Source: Deltaproteobacteria bacterium (GTDB lineage Bacteria; Desulfobacterota; Desulfobacteria; Desulfobacterales; C00003060). Taken from it: a DNA stretch of 64,000 bases. Under the pieces are notes generated by a model. That model was given only the letters and a program-made list of their open reading frames with translations, was not told the DNA's origin and searched no databases. Made by a program: the position numbers and the translations under genes. Location: the NCBI GenBank assembly GCA_019307135.1, contig JAFDKF010000018.1:11321-75320 (forward strand). The letters are read 5' to 3'. Shown in pieces: positions 24,890 through 33,997 of this stretch. The number at the start of each line of letters is the position of its first letter. The stretch's first letter is position 1.

Positions 24890-25336
24890 ATGGCAGACAT
24901 GATTCCATGGACAACCGGAGAGTTAAGTCGGATGAGGCAAGAGATGGACAATCTCTTTGAGAGATTCTTTGAAGGTTTCCCGCGCCTTGGCTTGACCAGG
25001 AGAACGGGGCTAACACCATCGATCGATCTTTCTGAGACCAAGGACGACATTATCGTGAAGGCTGAAATCCCCGGGATAGATAGCAAGGACGTCGATATTT
25101 CCCTGTATGGCAATGTTTTGAGCATCAAGGGAGAAAAGAGGCAAGAAAAAGTAGACGAAGATGAGGACTTTCACCGCATTGAACGGTCCTATGGAGCCTT
25201 TTCCCGTAGCGTGAGTCTCCCGTGTGAGGTAGAAGAAACAAAGATAACCGCAACGTATGAAAAGGGCGTGCTGAAGATCAGGCTTCCAAAATGCGAGCCG
25301 ACCAAACCAAGACGGATCAAGATTGATGTCAAGTAG
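24890..25336 (+). CDS. Small heat-shock protein (Hsp20/alpha-crystallin), copy 1
   Basis: The alpha-crystallin core is PSIDLSETKDDIIVKAEIPGI...GVLKIRLPK. I prefer ATG 24890, 8 nt after aaggag; ATG 24884 is also possible. Confidence 0.9.
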   Translation: MADMIPWTTGELSRMRQEMDNLFERFFEGFPRLGLTRRTGLTPSIDLSETKDDIIVKAEIPGIDSKDVDISLYGNVLSIKGEKRQEKVDEDEDFHRIERSYGAFSRSVSLPCEVEETKITATYEKGVLKIRLPKCEPTKPRRIKIDVK

Positions 25337-25380
25337 CTATAACTAGCTTGGACCTGGCCTACCGAAAGGCGAGATTTCAA

Positions 25381-25412
25381 AGGGCGGGCTGTTTGTCCCG
25401 CCCTTTCTGTCC
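25381..25412 (+). terminator. Putative intrinsic terminator after hsp20 copy 1
   Basis: The GC-rich hairpin agggcggg-ctgtttgt-cccgccct is followed by ttctgtcc, a weak U-tract. Confidence 0.45.
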
Positions 25413-25439
25413 GTATCGGTTGTCGAGCAAATTGTGGAC

Positions 25440-25580
25440 ACTAACCCGACCTGCCCGCCATCCAGGCGTTGGCAGGCGGGTTCTCAGGTTTTATTTCGTG
25501 TTTTGCGGCGTTCGCCTTGAGAACATTACGTACTTTCGTGTTTTCGTGATTAGTTTTGTATAGTTTCTTAACCGCACAGG
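25440..25580. repeat. Partial family B element (right terminus only)
   Basis: It ends in cttaaccgcacaggtgg and contains ccaggcgttggcaggcgg, which is also present in copy B3. Confidence 0.45.
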
Positions 25581-25623
25581 TGGAAAAATTGAGAGCGACT
25601 GGAACACAACCCGGGAGGAGAGT

Positions 25624-25854
25624 ATGAGAGAAGGAGAAGTCGAAAAACAACTCAAGGCGCTTCAGCAGGAAATCGCTCTGGCTGGAGAGGAGGTGGAAGC
25701 TCTCAGGCGTGACCAGCGGGCAGGGATAGATGGGTTACGCCTCGAACTGGAAGCCCTCCGGCAGTGTCTGGTACGGCTCAATCCCGATTATGAGGAGTGC
25801 TTTGCTGAGGTGTGGGCTACCGTGATGCAGGAGACAGATCCGGAAGCACTGTAG
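25624..25854 (+). CDS. Small coiled-coil protein, hypothetical
   Basis: Track ORF of 76 aa with gggaggag upstream and a heptad-like E/L/R-rich sequence. Confidence 0.4.
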   Translation: MREGEVEKQLKALQQEIALAGEEVEALRRDQRAGIDGLRLELEALRQCLVRLNPDYEECFAEVWATVMQETDPEAL

Positions 25855-25860
25855 AAAAAT

Positions 25861-26031
25861 GGTAGCCGTTCACGGGTTCAGGGTTCAGAGGTTCAGGGTT
25901 CAGTTAAAAGAATAGAGGTCAGAGATCAAAGGTCGGAGGTCTGGCTTCTGATTTCTGACTTCTGATCTCTGACTTCTGATCTCTGACTTCTGAACGGTGA
26001 ACTCTGAACCTGTGAACGCTTACGCTAAAGG
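25861..26031. mobile_element. Family A MITE, copy A6, with a 10-bp target duplication
   Basis: It is flanked by gtagaaaaat (25851..25860 and 26032..26041). The arms are ggtagccgttcacgggttcagggttcag and ctgaacctgtgaacgcttac. Confidence 0.75.
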
Positions 26032-26071
26032 GTAGAAAAATAAGGGGATTGCAAAAAACGGAGGAACACGT

Positions 26072-26554
26072 ATGGATAAAAGCCAATACAGTAGAAGGGA
26101 CAGAATGATCCAGGAAAAACGGCACGATACGTACAGAGAGCGGGGCAAGTGGCCGGAGCCCACTGTATGTAGCGAATGCGGCTCTTTGTTTCAAGACGGA
26201 CGTTGGTCCTGGAACAAGCCAACAAAGGAGGCTAATAAAGTCGTCTGTCCCGCCTGTCAGCGGATTGCTGATAACTGCCCGGCAGGGTATGTTGAGATTA
26301 GAGGGGGGTTTTTCGAGAGACACCGTGAAGAGCTTTTGAATCTTATCCGCCGTGAGGAGGAGTTAGAGAAGGGGGAACATCCAATGGAAAGGATCATTTC
26401 AATTGTTGATGAAGAGAACCACACTCTTGTGACGACAACCGGGGTTCACATAGCTGGGCGCATTGGAAAAGTCTTATCACGGGCCTGTCAGGGTAATTTA
26501 TCCATTCAGTACGGTGACGATGAAAAGAGCATAAGGGTTTATTGGAGTCGATAG
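26072..26554 (+). CDS. Conserved hypothetical zinc-ribbon protein (CxxC ... CxxC)
   Basis: Track ORF of 160 aa with CSECG...CPACQ and a conserved-looking tail ending in IRVYWSR. Confidence 0.6.
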   Translation: MDKSQYSRRDRMIQEKRHDTYRERGKWPEPTVCSECGSLFQDGRWSWNKPTKEANKVVCPACQRIADNCPAGYVEIRGGFFERHREELLNLIRREEELEKGEHPMERIISIVDEENHTLVTTTGVHIAGRIGKVLSRACQGNLSIQYGDDEKSIRVYWSR

Positions 26555-26593
26555 CGTTGTCCATTTAGCTCACTTCACTCCCCCGAACTTTTT

Positions 26594-26780
26594 CCACCTG
26601 TGCGGTTAGCATTCACCGTGTTTTGTCAATGAGTTGATGGTTATGAGGGAGACGTCGTAGGGGCGGCTTTACGCCGCCCGCCAAATCAATTCGGGCGAGG
26701 TAAACTCGCCCCTACGGGAAGCCGCCGATCAGAATTAGATCATTCGGAAGGGCTCAAGAATCACCCTAACCGCACAGGTC
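26594..26780. mobile_element. Family B MITE, copy B2, with a perfect 9-bp target duplication
   Basis: The termini are ccacctgtgcggttag and ctaaccgcacaggtc, flanked by gaacttttt on both sides (26585..26593 and 26781..26789). Confidence 0.85.
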
Positions 26781-26823
26781 GAACTTTTTGAGAAGTTACG
26801 AATTTTAGAACTAAGCGACTAAT

Positions 26824-27462
26824 ATGTTTTTCCCACACAAATTGAAGATATTTGACGAATTGCTTAAACAATCTTCAATCGTTAAAGAAGCGACCCAGCT
26901 ATTTCACAACATCACGCGTGACTGGGGGCAGTTAAAAAACGGGGCTCTCGCATTGCAAACACTGGAACGACAAGCGGACGAATTAGTCCACAGAATTACG
27001 CATGATATCGAAAAAACCTTTATTCTACCATTAGACAAAGAGGATATTGCAGATTTAACAGAGTCTTTAGATGATGTGGTCGACAACGTAGAAGAGGCTG
27101 CGAACCGTCTCAATATCTACAAGATTTCTAAAGGCAACGAGGCACTCGGGGATTTTTCGGAATTGATAAAACAAGCTGCTGCTCAGATTCACGAAGGGAT
27201 ATCGATGCTTAAAGAACGCAAAATGGCCTCAGAAGAGTTTGCTTCCTGTGGTAAGACGCTTGGTGATCTCGAAAGCCGAGGAGATAGAGTACATAGAAAA
27301 GTGTTGGAAAATCTGATGGCTAACCGCTCCTCCTTCGTTAATAGGGATGACTTCCTCTCCATACTTAAGTGGAAAGAAATCTTTCAAACCCTTGAGGACA
27401 CATTGGACAAATGTGACAATATTGGTAAACTTTTTGCGAGATTAAGGATAAAGTATATCTAG
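26824..27462 (+). CDS. DUF47 / PhoU-like accessory protein of PiT transporters
   Basis: Track ORF of 212 aa, helical, lying immediately upstream of a PiT gene as in the conserved DUF47-PiT pairs. Confidence 0.7.
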   Translation: MFFPHKLKIFDELLKQSSIVKEATQLFHNITRDWGQLKNGALALQTLERQADELVHRITHDIEKTFILPLDKEDIADLTESLDDVVDNVEEAANRLNIYKISKGNEALGDFSELIKQAAAQIHEGISMLKERKMASEEFASCGKTLGDLESRGDRVHRKVLENLMANRSSFVNRDDFLSILKWKEIFQTLEDTLDKCDNIGKLFARLRIKYI

Positions 27463-27467
27463 CGGCT

Positions 27468-28460
27468 ATGGAGTTAGGATTCATTGTATTTTTACTTGCC
27501 GTTCTCCTCTCTTACATATATGCCTTTGTCGGCGGCTTTACTGACGCTGCCAATGCCATTGCCACATCCGTTGGGTCCCGCGCCCTCTCCCCCATGACTG
27601 CAGTCCTGATGGCTGGCGTTCTGGAAATTCTCGGTGCCTTGACCGGTACCGCAGTTGCTCTAACCATCGGTAAGAGTATCGTAGCATTAGATTTGATTTC
27701 TCTTTCTACCGTTATCGCAGCCCTCATGGGGACAATGGTTTGGAGTTTATTCACCTATTATCTAGGCATTCCAGTCAGCGAAACGCACGGATTGATTGGA
27801 GCTATTGTTGGTGCAGCGCTAGCGATGGCAGGTATTAAGGTCGTTCTTTGGGCGGGATTGACAAAAGCCTTGATTGCGATTGTTGCCTCACCATTGTTAG
27901 GTTTTGCAGGTGGAGCAGTGTTAATGCATATGATCTATTTTTGCTGCAGTTCCGGTCCTGCACGAAAAATGACCTTGATCTTCAAAAATCTTCAGCGCTT
28001 TTCTGCCGCTTTTATGGCTTTTAGCCATGGCCGAAACGATGCTCAAAAACCAATGGGTATTTTGGTCATGGCGCTGGCACTTCATTTCGGATGGAAAGAT
28101 CCAGGCGTACCTCTTTGGGTTATTCTGAGCATCGGATTAACTGCCGGGCTTGGGGTGGCATATGGAGGGTGGCGAATTATTAAGACTTTAGGTATGAAGC
28201 TTGCCCCGTTGGCACCTGAACAAGGTTTTGCAGCGGAAACCTCCGCAGCTTGTGGGTTACAGTTGGCTTCTATTTTTGGCATTCCGGTTTCTACAACGCA
28301 CGTAATTACTTCATCTATTGTGGGGGCCGGAGTAGCTCGTCGATTCTCGAGTGTACGCTGGGGTATTGCTGTTGATATTCTACTTTCCTGGGTTTTGACG
28401 CTGCCAGCAACTGTAGCCCTTGGGTGGCTTTTCAAGAAACTGTTTGGCTTGATATTTTAG
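27468..28460 (+). CDS. PiT family inorganic anion (phosphate or sulfate) transporter
   Basis: Track ORF of 330 aa, polytopic, with duplicated PiT signatures (GGFTDAANAIATSVGS and HGRNDAQKPMG). Confidence 0.85.
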   Translation: MELGFIVFLLAVLLSYIYAFVGGFTDAANAIATSVGSRALSPMTAVLMAGVLEILGALTGTAVALTIGKSIVALDLISLSTVIAALMGTMVWSLFTYYLGIPVSETHGLIGAIVGAALAMAGIKVVLWAGLTKALIAIVASPLLGFAGGAVLMHMIYFCCSSGPARKMTLIFKNLQRFSAAFMAFSHGRNDAQKPMGILVMALALHFGWKDPGVPLWVILSIGLTAGLGVAYGGWRIIKTLGMKLAPLAPEQGFAAETSAACGLQLASIFGIPVSTTHVITSSIVGAGVARRFSSVRWGIAVDILLSWVLTLPATVALGWLFKKLFGLIF

Positions 28461-28546
28461 CGTCAAGGCCCTTTCCGGCAAAGGGTGACGCGGGAGTTGA
28501 CAAAAAGGAATCCTAAAGATATAAGTCCAATTTTCAAAGAGTTATA

Positions 28547-28917
28547 CCTAAAGTGATCGGTTCAAGGTTCAGGGTTCAAGGTTCAAAGGTTATAGTCTAC
28601 TGATATCCTTAACTTTATAACAGAATGCTCAGATTAGCCTCTTTCACCCATCAGGTGTCAGGTGTCAGGTGTCAAAACCCTGAACACTGAAACCTGAACA
28701 CTGAAACCTGAACACTGAAACCTGAACTTTGCTAACAGCCAGTTAGGCCTGCCCTGCCCGCCCTGGCGCGACAGCCTTGGACAGATGTGTCATCCCTCTC
28801 ATCCCGGTCTGGGCCAGGGGCGCGACATCCCAAGATGATTTTGGTGCCCATGTAGTCCCGGTCTGGGCCAGGGGCTCTTCAACCGGGAACCGTGAACGTT
28901 GAACCGCTCAACCCAGG
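28547..28917. mobile_element. Composite MITE, family C (termini CCTAAAGTGATCGGTTC... / ...GAACCGCTCAACCCAGG), copy C1, with nested heptad and hairpin inserts
   Basis: The flanking 5-mers are ttata and tttta. The interior has caggtgt x3, gaacactgaaacct repeats and two gcccgccctggcgcgac/cccggtctgggccagggg units. Confidence 0.7.
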
Positions 28918-29043
28918 TTTTATGCAAACCATATAAATTCAACTAATGATAACCACTTAACTAATCAACTACTCAACCACTTAACGAGGTCTGTACTGAG
29001 AAGTAACGTCATTTGTTGTTAAGGCCAACGGGAGGGCGTTGGA

Positions 29044-30249
29044 ATGCAGAAAAAGCCAACCTATGAAGAATTGGAACAAAGGGTCAAGGAGTTAGAGAAA
29101 GAAGCCCTTAGGCGCAAGAAGACGGAAGAGACGCTCGAAGAATTACACCGATACACAAGGGAACTAATCGAAGTCAGTCTGGATCCCTTAGTGATGATTT
29201 CCTCTGAGGGCAAGATTACAGACGTGAATCATGCAACGGAGTTGGTCACCGGATATCCCAGGGACAAGCTCATAGGGACGCGTTTCTCAGTGTATTTCAC
29301 TGAACCCCGGAAAGCACGCCAGGGCTACCTGGATGTACTGAGGCATGGACATGTCCGTGATTATCCATTGGAGATTAGACATCGTGACGGAAAAGTCACC
29401 CCTATACTTTATAACGCCTCGGTTTACTGTGACGCGAAAGGAGGTGTAGCCGGGGTCTTTGCCGCTGCGCGGGACATCACCAGGCGCAGGGAGGCGGAGG
29501 AAAGGTTACGAAAAAACGAAAAGAAACTGAAGGCCATGCTTGCCGAGCTCACTGCCAAGAGCGAAGAGCTTGACTCCTTTGTTTATAGGGTCTCCCATGA
29601 TCTCAAGAGCCCCATCGTCACCATTGAAGGTTTCGTTGGCGCCTTGAAAGAAGATTTTGGGGACGTCCTCCTAAAAGACGGAGAGAAATACCTCAGGTAC
29701 ATAAGCGATGCCGCCCGAAAAATGGAGCTTTTGATCAATGACCTGCTCGATCTTTCCCGCATCGAGCGCGTAACCCGAAAAAAGAGAGAGTTCCCTTTTG
29801 CCAGGCTCGTAGAAGATGTCCTGAAAGCGCTTCAACCTCAAATCAAGGCGCAAGGTATTGTAGTTGAGATCCAGGGAGATCTCCCGGTCATCTACGGTGA
29901 AAGAAGGCGGTTAGGCCGGGTAGTGGATAACCTATTGACAAACGCGATTAAATATATTGGAAAAGAGAATCCCTCCCCCCGCATTGATGTAGGAGTTGAA
30001 GAACAGGATGGCCAAAAGGCATTTTTTGTCCGTGACAACGGTATTGGCATTGACGAAAGGGATTTTGATAAGATTTTCCAGGTCTTCCAGCGGCTCCCGT
30101 CCGCAAAAAAACAGATTGGAGAGGGCACCGGAGTCGGCCTGACAATTGTGAAGCGAATCATCGAACACCATGGAGGAAAAATCTGGCTTATATCAGAGCC
30201 CGGGAAAGGAAGCACATTTTACTTCACACTTAAAGACAAGGAGGCTTGA
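29044..30249 (+). CDS. Cytoplasmic PAS sensor histidine kinase
   Basis: Track ORF of 401 aa with coiled-coil and PAS regions, plus the motifs HDLKSPIVTIEGF, LLTNAIKY, DNGIGI and GTGVGLT. Confidence 0.85.
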   Translation: MQKKPTYEELEQRVKELEKEALRRKKTEETLEELHRYTRELIEVSLDPLVMISSEGKITDVNHATELVTGYPRDKLIGTRFSVYFTEPRKARQGYLDVLRHGHVRDYPLEIRHRDGKVTPILYNASVYCDAKGGVAGVFAAARDITRRREAEERLRKNEKKLKAMLAELTAKSEELDSFVYRVSHDLKSPIVTIEGFVGALKEDFGDVLLKDGEKYLRYISDAARKMELLINDLLDLSRIERVTRKKREFPFARLVEDVLKALQPQIKAQGIVVEIQGDLPVIYGERRRLGRVVDNLLTNAIKYIGKENPSPRIDVGVEEQDGQKAFFVRDNGIGIDERDFDKIFQVFQRLPSAKKQIGEGTGVGLTIVKRIIEHHGGKIWLISEPGKGSTFYFTLKDKEA

Positions 30250-30251
30250 AC

Positions 30252-30701
30252 ATGGATTATGAACCTTCCAACATTTTGCTTGTAGAAGATGATGAAGCAC
30301 ATGCTGAACTGACCGAACGAGCGATTCGAAAGGCAGGCAATGCAAACCGGATTGATGTTCTGACTGACGGAGAAGACGCGCTCGAATATGTTTTCAACCG
30401 TGGCAAATACGCTGATAAGGCAAAGTATCCCCTCCCGGGCCTGATCCTGCTCGACATCAAACTCCCCGGCATTGACGGGATAGAAGTATTGACGCAGATT
30501 AAGGAACATCCCATTGTGAAGAAGATCCCTGTAATCATGCTCACGACCTCGGAACGAGAAGAAGACATTTGCCAATCCTATAGCCACTATGCGAATAGCT
30601 ATCTGACCAAGCCGGTGGGATTCAAGGAGTTTGAGGAAAAGATTATGCAAATCGATTTTTACTGGATGCTCCTCAACAAACCGCCTTCCCTGGAAACGTG
30701 A
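30252..30701 (+). CDS. Stand-alone response-regulator receiver
   Basis: The ATG at 30252 lies 8 nt after aaggagg. Motifs are ILLVEDDE, ILLDIKLPGIDG and YLTKPV. Confidence 0.85.
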   Translation: MDYEPSNILLVEDDEAHAELTERAIRKAGNANRIDVLTDGEDALEYVFNRGKYADKAKYPLPGLILLDIKLPGIDGIEVLTQIKEHPIVKKIPVIMLTTSEREEDICQSYSHYANSYLTKPVGFKEFEEKIMQIDFYWMLLNKPPSLET

Positions 30702-30743
30702 GCATTTTGCGGGACGCGTAATGCATCCCAAAGGATTTAGGAG

Positions 30744-32189
30744 ATGAAACCATTAAAGGTTGTGATTATTGATGATGAAGAGGCGCACTTTCGGCTCATG
30801 AAACGGGCCATTAGTAAGGAATTCCCGCTTGCCTCGGTCGATTACTTTGAGGATGCCAAGTCCTGCCTTGAAAGGCTCCATGAGATTAGCCCGGATGTCA
30901 TCATCCTCGATTACCTCATGCCCGTCATGAACGGTATCGAGTTTTTAGCAGCTTTAAAGCGAGAGGGCAGCGATATTATCCCGGTCATCATGATCACCGG
31001 CCAGGGGGATGAGAGTATTGCTGTCCAGGCCATGAAACTGGGGGCCTGGGATTATTTGGTGAAGTCTCCGAATTTCTTTGACCTGCTTCCCAGTATCATT
31101 GAGAAGGTGGTTCGCGAACGGAAACTTAAGGAGACACTGCGCGAATCTGAAGAAAGATACAGAGCCTCATTTGACAATTCTGTAGATGCAATAAACATTT
31201 TCTCTGAAGATAGAAGATTTTTAGATGTGAACAAAAAGCTGATTCAATTCAGCGGGTACTCGAAAGAAGAGATTCTCTCTATGAAGCTGGAAGATCTATA
31301 CCCAGAAAGTGTCAAACCCGCGACAAAAGAAAGAATCCAGAAGATGTTACAAGGAGAAGAAGTCTCTGTCTTTGAAACCTACCTTCTTACAAAAAAACAA
31401 GAGAAGATACCTGTTGAGGTAGGCGTTACTGCATTAAAAGACTGCTACGGCCAAAAAATTGTCTTTCAAGGCAACATAAGAGACATCACCGAACGGAAGC
31501 GGGCTCAAGAGCATGTTCATACTCTTTCCCAACAACTAATGAAGGCACAAGAAAACGAGCGGCAAAGGCTTTCTCGTGACCTGCACGACCTGGTGGGGCA
31601 AGACCTTTCCGCCTTAAAAATCGGCCTTGACACCCTTTTTGATGATCAAGCGGAAGTCCCTCCTGGCAAGAGGCAAAGGGTAGCCGAACTCTCCAAAACG
31701 GTTCAGGGAACTATAATATCTGTCAGGGATCTGGCCTATGGCTTACGTCCCACCAGCCTGGATCAGTTCGGGTTTGCCAAGACTATCCTCCGGTATTGCG
31801 AAGAGTTCTCTGCCAGGACAGGAGTCAAGGTTGACTTCTTTGCCGCAGGTCTGGACGATCTAAAATTCGATTCTGATACTGAGATTACCCTGTACCGCCT
31901 GATTCAAGAAGGGTTCAACAACGTTAAGAAACATGCTGACGCCACCGAAGTGACCATCCGGTTGGTCGCCTCTTTCCCTGACATTATTCTTCGCATCGAA
32001 GACAATGGCAAAGGTTTTGACATTCAGAATCGGCTGGTTTCAGCAGTCGATGAAAAACGTATGGGACTTCGGAGCATGGAAGAAAGGGTGGCGCTGCTTG
32101 GCGGAAAAATGAGTATCGAATCCCGCGTCATGCAGGGCACAAAAATTCTTATAGAGATCCCTATCAAGGGCAAAAAGAGTGGCCAATAA
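30744..32189 (+). CDS. Hybrid sensor kinase (REC + PAS + HisKA_3 + HATPase_c, NarX/DegS-type)
   Basis: Track ORF of 481 aa with REC (VVIIDDEE, IILDYLMPVMNG), the HisKA_3 box ERQRLSRDLHDLVGQ, and NNVKKHA...DNGKGF. Confidence 0.85.
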   Translation: MKPLKVVIIDDEEAHFRLMKRAISKEFPLASVDYFEDAKSCLERLHEISPDVIILDYLMPVMNGIEFLAALKREGSDIIPVIMITGQGDESIAVQAMKLGAWDYLVKSPNFFDLLPSIIEKVVRERKLKETLRESEERYRASFDNSVDAINIFSEDRRFLDVNKKLIQFSGYSKEEILSMKLEDLYPESVKPATKERIQKMLQGEEVSVFETYLLTKKQEKIPVEVGVTALKDCYGQKIVFQGNIRDITERKRAQEHVHTLSQQLMKAQENERQRLSRDLHDLVGQDLSALKIGLDTLFDDQAEVPPGKRQRVAELSKTVQGTIISVRDLAYGLRPTSLDQFGFAKTILRYCEEFSARTGVKVDFFAAGLDDLKFDSDTEITLYRLIQEGFNNVKKHADATEVTIRLVASFPDIILRIEDNGKGFDIQNRLVSAVDEKRMGLRSMEERVALLGGKMSIESRVMQGTKILIEIPIKGKKSGQ

Positions 32190-32856
32190 GAAAACCGTTC
32201 TGATTGTTGACGACCATCCCCTTTTCAGGGAGGGTCTCAAGTCCCTTATATCCCGCAACCCAAGGTTCGAGGTGGTTGGGGAAGCCGGAAATGGACGTGA
32301 AGGGCTCCGGATGAGCAAGCGACTCAAGCCGGACCTGGTGGTGATGGACCTATCCCTGCCGGATAAAAGCGGCATTGACGTTACCCGCAACATACGAGGC
32401 CTTTTGCCAGAGACACGTGTCATGATTGTCAGCATGCACTCCAAAATCGATTATATCACCGAGGCATTTCAGGCAGGGGCTACTGGATATGTGGTGAAGG
32501 AATCAGCCACTGACAGACTCGTGCAGGGGCTGGAAGCCGTGTCAAAGGGCGAGTATTTCCTGGACACTTCGCTTTCCCATAAGGTGGTGAACAAGCTCAT
32601 GGAATTCCCTGAAAAGGAGGCAAAGATCACGGATGCAAGATATGAGACCCTGACTTCTCGCGAGCAACAGGTCATGCGTCTGCTGGCCGAAGGGTTTTCC
32701 TCCAAAAAGATCGCTGAAAAGCTTTTCATCAGCCGCAAGACCGTTGAGAACCACCGGGCCAACATTATGAACAAACTTGACCTTCACAGCACCATGGAAC
32801 TGGTTCGATATGCGGTCAGGCTCGGCCTGATCGATGTGGACCTCTGGAAGGGTTAG
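32179..32856 (+). CDS. NarL/FixJ-family response regulator (REC + LuxR-type HTH)
   Basis: Track ORF of 225 aa with a GTG start overlapping the kinase stop. Motifs are VLIVDDHPLFREG and the HTH LTSREQQVMRLLAEGFSSKKIAEKLFISRKTVENHR. Confidence 0.9.
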   Translation: MANKKTVLIVDDHPLFREGLKSLISRNPRFEVVGEAGNGREGLRMSKRLKPDLVVMDLSLPDKSGIDVTRNIRGLLPETRVMIVSMHSKIDYITEAFQAGATGYVVKESATDRLVQGLEAVSKGEYFLDTSLSHKVVNKLMEFPEKEAKITDARYETLTSREQQVMRLLAEGFSSKKIAEKLFISRKTVENHRANIMNKLDLHSTMELVRYAVRLGLIDVDLWKG

Positions 32857-33131
32857 ACCTGCCTACAGAAATCCTCCTCATTGGTTATTTTTCCCACTTT
32901 TCCTTGGGACAAACTCCCACCAACTAGGGGTTTCCCTCATAAAAATGAGCGCCTTCCTCTATGGACAAATCTTATGGAAATACATATACAAATAAGAAAC
33001 TCCTACGGCTGGGATGAAACCAGCATGGGCGAGAACGCGCCATCCAAAGAAAGGCGAGGAGAGTTCGGATTTCCCTGGGGAGCATAGGCAACCAACAACA
33101 TGCAGAAGCATGAAGAGACGGGGGAAAAGAC

Positions 33132-33323
33132 TTGGTTTTAAAAGAGAATTTCTTGGATGTGATAGAGCTGATCAGGAGCATTCAGCGTGCCGAGGGAAAC
33201 CCTGATTGCTTCGGCACAGCACAGGAGTATTGTGACCAGCTTGACTGTGCCTGGCGTGCCTACTGTCTGGAAAACCACAGCATTTCCCGCATGAAGGGGA
33301 ACAAGACTCATGAAGAGGGATAA
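33132..33323 (+). CDS. Cys4 mini-protein of unknown function, copy 1
   Basis: Track ORF of 63 aa with a TTG start 6 nt after ggggga. An in-frame TGA lies 8 codons upstream. It is paralogous to 39401..39619, with the conserved core ELIRSIQRAxGNPxCFGTAQxYCDQxxCAWRxYCLE. Confidence 0.6.
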   Translation: MVLKENFLDVIELIRSIQRAEGNPDCFGTAQEYCDQLDCAWRAYCLENHSISRMKGNKTHEEG

Positions 33324-33361
33324 AGAAGACATATGGCCACAAAATCGAGGTTAAAAACCAA

Positions 33362-33477
33362 GTAACCGTTCACGGGTTCAATGGTTCAGGGTTCAGTTAA
33401 AAGAATAGAGGTCAGAGATCAGAGGTCGGAGGTCTGACTTCTGATCTCTGACTTCTGAACTCTGAACCTGTGAACGC
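33362..33477. mobile_element. Family A MITE, copy A7
   Basis: gtaaccgttcacgggttcaatggttcagggttcag ... tctgaacctgtgaacgc. It occupies the position where the paralogous locus (39620..39866) has unrelated sequence. Confidence 0.75.
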
Positions 33478-33515
33478 CTGCCAGGACCGTTTAAGACTGA
33501 CACAACACGGAGGGC

Positions 33516-33935
33516 ATGATGGCGAAGATTCTGATTGTCGATGACCAGGCGTGCGTTCGGGAACTCCTTTCCGAAGAACTGATCTCTGATGGGTACCGGG
33601 TTGCAACGGCAGGCGATGCCGAATCAATCAGCGGACACATGAGATTTTCAGAACCGGATTTGGTGCTTCTCGACCTTTACCTGGATGGGGCTGAGGGATT
33701 TAGGATTTTGCGTGATATCAAGGGGCAAAATCCCGATCTGCCGGTCATTATCTTTACCGCTTACGACAGCTACTGGGAGGACCCGCGCTTGTCTCAGGCC
33801 GATGGGTACGTGATCAAGAGTATTGATCTTGGTGAACTAAAAGGGAAGATAGCCGATATCCTCAGCCGCAAACCAGCGCCTCAAGAGCTCGAGGTAAAGA
33901 CGCACTTCCCCGAATCTAGTATGGCCTATGGCTAA
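33516..33935 (+). CDS. Stand-alone response-regulator receiver (paralogue of 39867..40292)
   Basis: Track ORF of 139 aa with the motifs ILIVDDQ, VLLDLYLDG and YVIKS. Confidence 0.85.
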   Translation: MMAKILIVDDQACVRELLSEELISDGYRVATAGDAESISGHMRFSEPDLVLLDLYLDGAEGFRILRDIKGQNPDLPVIIFTAYDSYWEDPRLSQADGYVIKSIDLGELKGKIADILSRKPAPQELEVKTHFPESSMAYG

Positions 33936-33997
33936 TGGCCTTGTAATGCACCGTGCCACGGCTGACAGGGTACCGTGCCAATGAAATAGAGGTGTAG

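Noticed and set aside
32880-32965. The conserved non-coding block downstream of the NarL-type gene (also at 38765..38862), with GGACAAAyTC direct repeats, considered as a NarL-family binding site
   Set aside because: It is conserved between the two module copies, but that may reflect only the recent duplication. I could not match the known heptamer logic of NarL-type sites with confidence, so I make no regulatory call.
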